64,000 nucleotides of DNA, from NCBI GenBank assembly GCA_947306185.1, contig CAMZFU010000002.1:2128-66127 (forward strand), given 5' to 3'. Source of the stretch: an uncultured Pseudomonadota bacterium. GTDB lineage: Bacteria > Pseudomonadota > Alphaproteobacteria > Rs-D84. This document shows, in pieces, positions 56,284-64,000 of the stretch (positions are counted from its first letter, which is position 1; each line of letters starts with the position of its first letter). The translations under genes were made by a program, and so were the position numbers. The notes beneath the pieces were generated by a model that was not told the origin of the DNA, did not search any database, and worked only from the letters and a program-made list of their open reading frames with translations.

Positions 56284-57499
56284 CTTTATACTCTATCGCT
56301 ATTTTTTTATTAGTTGTTATGCCGCTTTTCTGTTTAATCTTGTCAAACAAAGATGACATATTACCACGCCCTTCGGATAATTGCTTTAACGCATTGTTAT
56401 AAGAATTTCGCGCACTTTCTATACTGCGCCCGACAGAATCAAAACTATCGGTGAAAGATGCATATTTTTCATACAGTTTGTTCACCATATCAACAACTTC
56501 GGCAACATTCTTATTTTGCTTTTCCAATTTCAACAGCATTTCAACCGTCTTTAACATTGGAAACAACAGGGATGATGTAATAAGGGCGACATTTTTATTT
56601 TGTGCCGATGAATAAAGTTCTGGTTTCTTGCGCATAGCCAAAATATACGCAGATTCCAATGGCATAAACATAAATACATAATCAAGGCCAGAATCTTTGA
56701 CTTTCTTTTGGTAATCTTTACTGGCCAATTCATTTATATGGTTTTCTGTGGCCGCGATAAATTCATTTGCATATTTTTCACGACTTACATCATCTTCGGC
56801 ATTTTCATAATTTAAATAACTTTCCAAAGACACCTTGGAATCAATAATTATGCGTTTATTATTCGGCAAGTTCACAATAAAATCAGGACGAATATTTTTA
56901 CCTTCATCCATACGGAAGAATTCTTCACGCGTATAATCAACACCTTCGACAAATCCCAGCATCTGCAAAATATTTTCCAAATACATTTCACCCCAGCATC
57001 CCTGGGCCTTTTTATTCTTCAACGCATTGGCAAGGTTTGTTGCCTCGTGCTGTAACGAGTCACTTTTTGCCATCATATTTTTAATTTGTTCATCAATACT
57101 GGTTTTATTTTCCGTAGATGTCTTTAATATCTCGCTTATCTTTTTATCAAAGCCATCTTTTAATGCCTTCATTTCGTCTTGCATTGGCCCCAAAACTGTT
57201 TTCTGGGTTCCAACGACAGATTCTTTTTGTTTTTCGATAAGTTCGGCAGATATGGCCTTGAAATCATTAAGCATTTTTTCGCGCACACCGGCCAATGTTT
57301 CGGCCTCTTTTTTATTTTCGGCAGATTCACGAACCAACGCTTCGTTCTTCATACGCAGGATTTCTATATCCTGTTTTTGTTGGGCAAGCAGCGCATTATA
57401 TTGCGCCAATTTTACATCATCATTTTTCTTGGCCGGTCGCAGTACAAAAACCGCCAACGCCCCAAGTATAAAACCAATAATAAAAATAACTATATTCAT
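56276..57499 (-). CDS. rmuC: DNA recombination protein RmuC
   Basis: The 407-aa protein has an N-terminal TM helix, a long coiled coil and a C-terminal RmuC nuclease-like domain (PDFIVNLPNNKRIIIDSK). Confidence 0.9.
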   Translation of the reverse strand: MNIVIFIIGFILGALAVFVLRPAKKNDDVKLAQYNALLAQQKQDIEILRMKNEALVRESAENKKEAETLAGVREKMLNDFKAISAELIEKQKESVVGTQKTVLGPMQDEMKALKDGFDKKISEILKTSTENKTSIDEQIKNMMAKSDSLQHEATNLANALKNKKAQGCWGEMYLENILQMLGFVEGVDYTREEFFRMDEGKNIRPDFIVNLPNNKRIIIDSKVSLESYLNYENAEDDVSREKYANEFIAATENHINELASKDYQKKVKDSGLDYVFMFMPLESAYILAMRKKPELYSSAQNKNVALITSSLLFPMLKTVEMLLKLEKQNKNVAEVVDMVNKLYEKYASFTDSFDSVGRSIESARNSYNNALKQLSEGRGNMSSLFDKIKQKSGITTNKKIAIEYKDE

Positions 57500-57617
57500 A
57501 CAGATAACCCCGCATTTATATGATTATACAATAAAAAAGCCAAATATCAAGCAACCACCACAGATAATATTATCCAGAGTTATTGATAAAATACCCATAA
57601 AATGGTATTATTATCCT

Positions 57618-58835
57618 ATGACAAAAAAAGAAATAAACAAATCTGTATCGCGTGGCCTTAACATATTAAGGTTTGGTTGGTTTTGCCACAATTTAATGTT
57701 TATTATTCCCGTAATTGTGTTGGTTTATACCCAGAAAGGCATTACCGTTGGCGATTTCTTTTTAATCCAAGGAATATTCCGTATCGCGGCATTTTTATTT
57801 GAAATACCATCAGGATACCTGTCGGATCGGTTTAGCCGTAAAAACGTTTTGATTATTGGAACGATATTTTCATTTTTGGGATTTGCAGAACTTGCCATGG
57901 CGAACGGATTTTTCACAATTATGTTGGGTGAATCACTGTTTGGTATCGCAAGTGCCCTGTATTCCGGAACGTTAGAGGCATACACATATGATTTAATGAA
58001 ACGTAATAACAGCCAAAAACAATTCTTAAAGGAATTTGGCAGTATTACAACATTTGGCAGTACGGCAAGTTTCATCGCATCTATACTTGGTGGAATAATG
58101 TTTATGTACATTGGTGGCGACAATCTTTTATGGTTAGAGGCCGCATTTATGGCCATCGGTATTTTTGCATTTATCTTCTTGCCGCAACTGAACGAAATCA
58201 AACGTATAAATAAGCATGGTACAGCCATCAGAGATGCTGTTGGAATCACATATAACACATTAAAAAATTCTAAATTACGTAACCTGATTTTCTTTCCGGC
58301 ATTATTTAGTGCCTTTACTATTGTAATGCTCTGGATTTTACAGCCGATTATGGAAACAACGCATATTCCCGTTGAATTGTTCGGTTTTTATATCGGGCTA
58401 AATCAATTCGCGCGCATATTATTTTCCAAATACGCGTACAAGATTTGTGACATATTCGGCACAATAAATACATCAATCATTACGATATTAGATATTGCAA
58501 TAGGTATTGTTATCGGAATGCTGATGATGCATACAAACAATATGACTATGATATATATATTGTGCGCAATTATGGCGATTACACCAGCGATGCAAACAAC
58601 GAATAAATTGCAATATAACTCACTTGTTCATCACAGCATTCGTTCCACAGAACGTGGTACCGTATTATCAACCAGCGCAATGGTATCCACAATTGTTGGC
58701 GCGGTATTCTTAGTGGTCTCAAAATTCCTGTTGGACGAATACGGAATATTAACAACATTATGGTTTGAATTTATTATGCTGATACCATTGATATTGTCAT
58801 TAAAGGCGACATCCAAATATATTGGGAAAAAATAA
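57618..58835 (+). CDS. MFS transporter
   Basis: I place the start at ATG 57618 (MTKKEINKSV...), giving 405 aa with about 12 TM helices. The 5' part of tracked ORF 57027..58835 is antisense to rmuC. Confidence 0.75.
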   Translation: MTKKEINKSVSRGLNILRFGWFCHNLMFIIPVIVLVYTQKGITVGDFFLIQGIFRIAAFLFEIPSGYLSDRFSRKNVLIIGTIFSFLGFAELAMANGFFTIMLGESLFGIASALYSGTLEAYTYDLMKRNNSQKQFLKEFGSITTFGSTASFIASILGGIMFMYIGGDNLLWLEAAFMAIGIFAFIFLPQLNEIKRINKHGTAIRDAVGITYNTLKNSKLRNLIFFPALFSAFTIVMLWILQPIMETTHIPVELFGFYIGLNQFARILFSKYAYKICDIFGTINTSIITILDIAIGIVIGMLMMHTNNMTMIYILCAIMAITPAMQTTNKLQYNSLVHHSIRSTERGTVLSTSAMVSTIVGAVFLVVSKFLLDEYGILTTLWFEFIMLIPLILSLKATSKYIGKK

Positions 58836-58841
58836 TTACGG

Positions 58842-59438
58842 TTATTTTGGCATCCCCGTTTTCGGGTTTATCCATATTTGCGTGTCTGCAATTTCCATCA
58901 TTGGCCTATCAGATTTACTGTCCGAATAAGAACGCACAACATGTGGTATAACCTTATTTTCACGCGCCCATTCATCCATCGCATAGACCTTGTTCATACC
59001 CCAACAAAGGAACCGATATTTCCATGGTCTTTTACTGGACACACGGGAACATATAACCGCATCAAATTTCATATCGGCCACCAAACGCGGAATCAAATAG
59101 TCCGGCGAAGTAGATATCAATAAAACTTTATTTCCCGCTGCACGCTCTGCGGCGACACGTTCGGCGGCCCACCCAAAACGGTTTCTATGATGTTCTTTTA
59201 TAAAATCGGGTACAAAACGGCTAACCATATCAGCGGTAAGATACCTGCGACTAAGTTCCCGCCAATTTACACCACCGGGTCTGAACAGACGCCATATCAT
59301 AGCGATTCCTATTACCGGTAAAAACAGCCACGGGCGAATGCTATGCCGAAAACAATATCGTGCAAATGCCAAATTAGAATCAGGCCAAGACAATGTTCCA
59401 TCAAAATCAAATAATACAACATCTACCGGTTTTTGCAT
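58842..59438 (-). CDS. HAD-IB family hydrolase
   Basis: The DFDGTL nucleophile motif is present (VVLFDFDGTLS) along with a C-terminal SDSKSD motif. I place the start at ATG 59438 (RBS aaagga). Confidence 0.7.
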   Translation of the reverse strand: MQKPVDVVLFDFDGTLSWPDSNLAFARYCFRHSIRPWLFLPVIGIAMIWRLFRPGGVNWRELSRRYLTADMVSRFVPDFIKEHHRNRFGWAAERVAAERAAGNKVLLISTSPDYLIPRLVADMKFDAVICSRVSSKRPWKYRFLCWGMNKVYAMDEWARENKVIPHVVRSYSDSKSDRPMMEIADTQIWINPKTGMPK

Positions 59439-59522
59439 TTTGCATCCTTTTGGATATATCACTTCATTATAGCGTTCCAAAAAAATATCGCAAATAAAAA
59501 CGGGACTTATCGTCCCGCTATA

Positions 59523-62500
59523 TTATTTGCGTTTCAATTTCTGGCGCAATTTTTCCATTGCAAAGAACAGCGCCGGTGTTAACGTAAATGTCCAAACCAA
59601 ACTTGCACCCATCCCCCCAATCATAACCGCCGCCATCGCAGATTTCATACCATCAGCACTCCATAACTGGGGCAACATACCGGCCATAATCGCAATAGAT
59701 GTCATCAACACCATATTCTTTTTGTCGTTTAATTCGTCCCACATGGCCACCTTGATATTTTCACCATTATTGACACGACGAATCGTCGGTTCCAACACCA
59801 AAATATTATTATTCACAACCAAACCAACCAACATGACAAATGCCAACATTGCCCCAACGTTCATTGATGCCCCCGACAAGAACAACAATGTAAATACGCC
59901 GGCAAAACTTGTCAAAATAGATGTCGCAATAGTAAGCGGATGAATAAGTGAATTCAATATTGCCGCCAACAACATAAATGTTAAAACCGTTGCCAACAAA
60001 AACGCTGTTCCAATTTCACCGGTTGTTTCTGATTGAATTTCGGCCATACCACCGAATTCATAACCATATCCCGGTTTCCAATCCATTTTATTAAGTGCGT
60101 TAACTATCTTGGTCTGAACGGGGCCACTGGTTGATTTACCAAGATTGATGTCTATTTCTGTTACACGACTTTTGTTCAAACGACTAATATTCGGTGTTGC
60201 CGTCGTTGTTTCAATTGTACCCAATTGCGACAATGCGACCATACCCTTTGGCGAATTAACCAAAACATCATTAAACATATTTTTCCCTTTGAATGCCTTG
60301 GCAAATTCCAAAACGATTGGATATTCTTCGCCGTTTTCTTTATATTTATATGTGTCATTTCCATACAACGCCGAACGCAAAATTGTACCAGCATAAGAAT
60401 TCTTGATCCCCCAAAAATCCATTTTATCGGCATCTGGAATAAAGCGAATTTCGTTACCAGGCGTTTGTTGTGCAAATACCGCCGTTTGAACTTCAGAGAT
60501 ATTATTTATCGCATCTAATGCCATGGTTGCATACTGCAACCGTAATGCATCATCATCGCCATATATATTTAGAACTATATCAGCAGAAATTGCCGAAGAA
60601 ACACCTTCACCCGCACGAATCTGAATTTCTGCATCGGCAATTTGTGATAAAAGGGGCAATAATTCACGCGCAATTTTCTTGTCACTTTTTCTACGTGATG
60701 AACGGTCAACCAATTTGATTTTAACCGCAATATTTTGCATTCCCCTGTCTCCGATTTTTACAGACGTAGATTTTATTCCTGGGACTTCTTTAAGAACATT
60801 TTCTATTTTTTCTGCAATCGCCTGAGACTTTTCATATGTGGCCCCCATTGGCGCACGCGCCGTAATATTTATTTCGTTGGCATCGGTTGCTGGACTAAAT
60901 TCATTTCCGGTAAAACGCATCAAAAACATAGACGCCACCAATACCCCAACCGCAATCAATATCACGCGACCCGAATGCTTATATTGAAATGCAAACCATT
61001 TGTTCAGCCATGATTTCTTTTCTTTTTTCGCAATCTTTGCCGTTTGCTTTACCTTTACCAAACGTAAAATCTTGGCGATCATCATCGGGGTCAATGTAAA
61101 TGAAAACACCAATGACAGCAATGTAAGATACACAACCGTCATACCAAATTGCATCATAAACATACCGACAATTCCACCCATAAACGCCAATGGCAAGAAC
61201 ACCACAACATTGGTTCCAACCCCAGCCAACACAGAAACTGCAACACGTTTTGTACCGTCTATTGCGGCGTCTTCTGCTGTTTTACCACTTCGCATTTCTT
61301 GTAATGCGGCCTCGATAAGAATAATAGCATTTGATACCAATGTACCCAATGCCGATGAATACGCCAATAATGTCATTGCATTGATTGTAAAACCACTGGA
61401 ATTTACAAAGAATAAACCCGCAATCAAAGATGCCGGAATTACAACACCCGCGATAATCGTTGAACGCCAATTTTTGGTAAACGCCAACAAAACTATTATC
61501 GTAAATATAATCCCAAGGATAATGCCATTTATCGTACTTGATGTTTCGTTTGAAACAACAATGGAAGAATCAGAAATTATCTCCATTTTGGCATCTGGGA
61601 CATGCGATTGCAAATCTGCCTGGAACCGAGGTAAATTTTTTCTTAAATCACGCGAAATTTTAACTGCGTTACCATCTGAAGCCTTAATCACAGATGCAAT
61701 AACAACTGGATTACCATTAAACCGCGCCCCTGTATCCAAATCACGTGCCGCATCAGTTACTGTCGCAATATCAGAAAGTATAAAATTTTGCCCTTCGGCG
61801 GTTGTAATATGTAATTTTTTGATTTCATCAACAGATGCAAATTCACCGATAAAACGTACATTGGAAGAATCTGAACCAACTTCTATTTTTCCACCGGGCA
61901 CATTCAGGTTATGTGTTCCCATCGCCGATATAACATCCATCATTGTTACACCATGCGCCGCCATTGTTTGCGGATTCAATGCGACACGAATAGCCCGCTT
62001 TTCACCACCGAAAATTGATACACTTGCCACACCATTCAAAGATGTAAGTTTATTCGCAAATATATTATCAGCGTATTCTTGCAGATCACGCAGTGATGGC
62101 CCACCTAACGCTATATCAACAACAGAAGTTTGCAATGGATTTAGTTTTTCAATAACCGGCTGTTTCAAATCAGTTGGAAATTCCGACGCCAATGCGTCTA
62201 TCTTGGATTTAACCTCGCTCGCCTTGTCATTTACATTCACGCCCAAATTAAATTCCGCCATCACATATCCGCCATTTTCAAATGCCTGGGATGTTAGTTT
62301 CTTTAACTCTGGCACCTGGGACATGGCATCTTCGGCCTTTTTAATAACCTGGGACTCTATTTCGGCGGGTGCCGCCCCAGGATAAATAAAGTTTGCGGTA
62401 ACCATTGGGAAATCAAGTGCTGGTGTCCGTTCTACATTCATCTTTGGATATGCAACAATACCCAATACCACAAACAACAAAACAAACATAACCGTTGTAA

Positions 62501-62528
62501 CTGGACGCTTTACAAAAAACTTTAACAT
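59523..62528 (-). CDS. RND efflux transporter permease (AcrB/HAE family)
   Basis: The 1001-aa protein has a 12-TM architecture with two large periplasmic loops and starts MLKFFVKRPVTTVMFVLLFVVLG. Confidence 0.93.
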   Translation of the reverse strand: MLKFFVKRPVTTVMFVLLFVVLGIVAYPKMNVERTPALDFPMVTANFIYPGAAPAEIESQVIKKAEDAMSQVPELKKLTSQAFENGGYVMAEFNLGVNVNDKASEVKSKIDALASEFPTDLKQPVIEKLNPLQTSVVDIALGGPSLRDLQEYADNIFANKLTSLNGVASVSIFGGEKRAIRVALNPQTMAAHGVTMMDVISAMGTHNLNVPGGKIEVGSDSSNVRFIGEFASVDEIKKLHITTAEGQNFILSDIATVTDAARDLDTGARFNGNPVVIASVIKASDGNAVKISRDLRKNLPRFQADLQSHVPDAKMEIISDSSIVVSNETSSTINGIILGIIFTIIVLLAFTKNWRSTIIAGVVIPASLIAGLFFVNSSGFTINAMTLLAYSSALGTLVSNAIILIEAALQEMRSGKTAEDAAIDGTKRVAVSVLAGVGTNVVVFLPLAFMGGIVGMFMMQFGMTVVYLTLLSLVFSFTLTPMMIAKILRLVKVKQTAKIAKKEKKSWLNKWFAFQYKHSGRVILIAVGVLVASMFLMRFTGNEFSPATDANEINITARAPMGATYEKSQAIAEKIENVLKEVPGIKSTSVKIGDRGMQNIAVKIKLVDRSSRRKSDKKIARELLPLLSQIADAEIQIRAGEGVSSAISADIVLNIYGDDDALRLQYATMALDAINNISEVQTAVFAQQTPGNEIRFIPDADKMDFWGIKNSYAGTILRSALYGNDTYKYKENGEEYPIVLEFAKAFKGKNMFNDVLVNSPKGMVALSQLGTIETTTATPNISRLNKSRVTEIDINLGKSTSGPVQTKIVNALNKMDWKPGYGYEFGGMAEIQSETTGEIGTAFLLATVLTFMLLAAILNSLIHPLTIATSILTSFAGVFTLLFLSGASMNVGAMLAFVMLVGLVVNNNILVLEPTIRRVNNGENIKVAMWDELNDKKNMVLMTSIAIMAGMLPQLWSADGMKSAMAAVMIGGMGASLVWTFTLTPALFFAMEKLRQKLKRK

Positions 62529-62543
62529 AGTTGTTTCCCCACT

Positions 62544-63140
62544 TTATTTAACTTTTATTTTTTGACCTGATGCAACCTTGGACAATACGACAACATCGCC
62601 TTCTTTGATATCCCCAACGACACAGGCATATTCTGTATCTTGGGCAACAATATCCACTTTACGTGCCACCGACACCCCAGAATCGATAACCATAACAATC
62701 CCATCACGCACTGCGTATGCCGGTATAAAATACCCCTTGGCTGGCACAGAAACAAAATGAACACCATCCGAAACACCACGTGTACGAACAACATACATAC
62801 CCGTATCTAAATCTAGACCAGATGATACCGATACGACTTCGCCCTCTTCTATTTTTTGGCCAGCACGCAATTTATTACGGTATTCACCAGAAACATAAGA
62901 ACGATTATTTTTTATATCAATCGGCATTTTTATAATGTCGTTTTTTTGATTTGCCACAACCGTTTCAACCAATATACCTTCGGATTGGGTCGCACGTATT
63001 GGGTTATAAACAACCATTTGTGATTCAACCGCAACCATCACAAAACGATATACAAACCAAAGTATGGCCGCCACTAAAACCGCCCTATAGACGATTTTTT
63101 TTATCTTTTCATCATCGTAATTTTTGCCAAATATTTTCAT
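62544..63140 (-). CDS. short efflux adaptor (membrane-fusion protein-like)
   Basis: The 198-aa protein has an N-terminal TM anchor and a beta-rich body. It sits between the OMF and RND genes and is much shorter than typical MFPs. Confidence 0.5.
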   Translation of the reverse strand: MKIFGKNYDDEKIKKIVYRAVLVAAILWFVYRFVMVAVESQMVVYNPIRATQSEGILVETVVANQKNDIIKMPIDIKNNRSYVSGEYRNKLRAGQKIEEGEVVSVSSGLDLDTGMYVVRTRGVSDGVHFVSVPAKGYFIPAYAVRDGIVMVIDSGVSVARKVDIVAQDTEYACVVGDIKEGDVVVLSKVASGQKIKVK

Positions 63141-63142
63141 GA

Positions 63143-64000
63143 TTATTCACCCAATTTCTTGATAGATTCTGCCGACATAAGTATTTTGTATTTTGCGTTC
63201 AATAATGCCATATCTAATTGATAAAGGCCCGATGAAACATCCGCCAATTCCACCGCAGATGTTTGTCCCGCGGCGAACCGGTCACGTGAAAATCCGTATG
63301 CCTTGGCCGCCAAATTGCGCGCATTTTCCAAACCTTTTAGGTTTTCACGCAAATGATTATATTGTTTAATCGCATTGGTATATTTTTCAGATGTAACTTT
63401 CTTAGATTTATCTAAATCTTGGCGTGCGGCTTCGGCGTTCATAACATCGACCGTCGCATTGGCACGATTTACACCGCCACTGAAAATAGGCACCTTTAAC
63501 GCCAATCCCCAATACGCGGCTTGTGTCGCATTTTTGTTAAACATATTATTAAAATCTTTATCCATCGATACATAATCATATGCACCAACCGCCGCCAATG
63601 TTGGATACCCGTTTGCACGTTGCGAAGATGCACGTGATTCATACATTTCAACCTGTTGATTCAGAATCTGCCATTCGGGTGTATTTGATAATTTTTTACT
63701 TTCCATTTCTGGGAAATCTTGTGGGAATTCATCGGTAAGGTTTAATGGTTCATCAACATCTATACCCGCCAAAATCTTTAACATACGATGTGATGTATCA
63801 CGGTTAAATTCCGCATCCGAAAGGTTTATTTGTTTCGTCGCAATATCAGATTCAATCTTGACCAAATTGCCACGATTTGCACGACCCGCCCCCGACAACT
63901 TCTTTTTTGCAGAAATCGCATTGTCCAAATCTTTTTGGGCGATTTTGACAATTTCATCCGTCATTTTTGCGGTCCAATACATATCCGCCGCGGCATATTT
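63143..64000 (-). CDS. TolC-family outer-membrane efflux protein (5' end outside window)
   Basis: The frame stays open to position 64000. The helical repeat pattern resembles the OEP family and the gene is first in the efflux operon. Confidence 0.7.
   Translation of the reverse strand, partial: KYAAADMYWTAKMTDEIVKIAQKDLDNAISAKKKLSGAGRANRGNLVKIESDIATKQINLSDAEFNRDTSHRMLKILAGIDVDEPLNLTDEFPQDFPEMESKKLSNTPEWQILNQQVEMYESRASSQRANGYPTLAAVGAYDYVSMDKDFNNMFNKNATQAAYWGLALKVPIFSGGVNRANATVDVMNAEAARQDLDKSKKVTSEKYTNAIKQYNHLRENLKGLENARNLAAKAYGFSRDRFAAGQTSAVELADVSSGLYQLDMALLNAKYKILMSAESIKKLGE

Noticed and set aside
57027-57617. N-terminal 197 aa of tracked ORF 57027..58835
   Set aside because: This part is antisense to rmuC. 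The MFS transporter starts at ATG 57618, after the rmuC start.
61000-62385. 461-aa plus-strand ORF
   Set aside because: It is an antisense shadow of the RND permease gene and has no independent support.
1-64000. CRISPR arrays, tRNA and rRNA genes
   Set aside because: I saw no short direct repeats with regular spacers, no tRNA T-arm consensus (GGTTCGAATCC-like) and no rRNA-like stretches on reading either strand. Small RNAs could still be missed without a covariance-model scan.

Overview
This is a 64-kb chromosomal segment from an AT-rich genome, probably alphaproteobacterial (DUF2312/GapR-like protein, alpha-type AddB, DUF721/DciA-like protein, SecB, divergent rsmI-lpoA pair). It is densely packed with housekeeping genes: ftsK, yajC-secD-secF, mutL, greA, xerD, serS, typA, recA, secB, mltA, ruvC, yebC, ruvA, mnmE, xthA, addB, engB, rsmI, pyk, pyrG, comEC, truA-fmt-def, rmuC and an OMF-MFP-RND efflux operon. 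I saw no rRNA, tRNA or CRISPR array by eye. Three accessory patches interrupt this backbone. (1) 8.4-13.3 kb, between yajC and mutL, holds a complete diversity-generating retroelement (DGR). It has a reverse transcriptase with the IGNLTSQ/YCDD motifs and a translationally coupled 108-aa ORF that does not look like Avd. Its 132-bp template repeat (10059..10190) and 132-bp variable repeat (10701..10832) differ at 13 positions, all of them template adenines. The VR forms the extreme C-terminus of a 141-aa secreted Cys-rich protein. That target gene is bracketed by two copies of a ~270-bp palindromic MITE-like repeat. A non-diversified paralog and a larger Cys-rich repeat protein lie next to it. 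(2) 20.5-21.9 kb is an orphan three-gene operon with no recognisable motifs, between serS and typA. (3) 24.0-31.9 kb is an eight-gene glycosyltransferase/Nudix island with a duplicated promoter cassette and inverted GT61 paralogs. Other oddities are a trxB gene interrupted by two in-frame stop codons 21 nt apart, an S41 peptidase homolog whose Ser/Lys dyad context looks lost, and a very short membrane-fusion protein in the RND operon. All calls rest on reading the sequence and ORF translations by eye; no database search was run.
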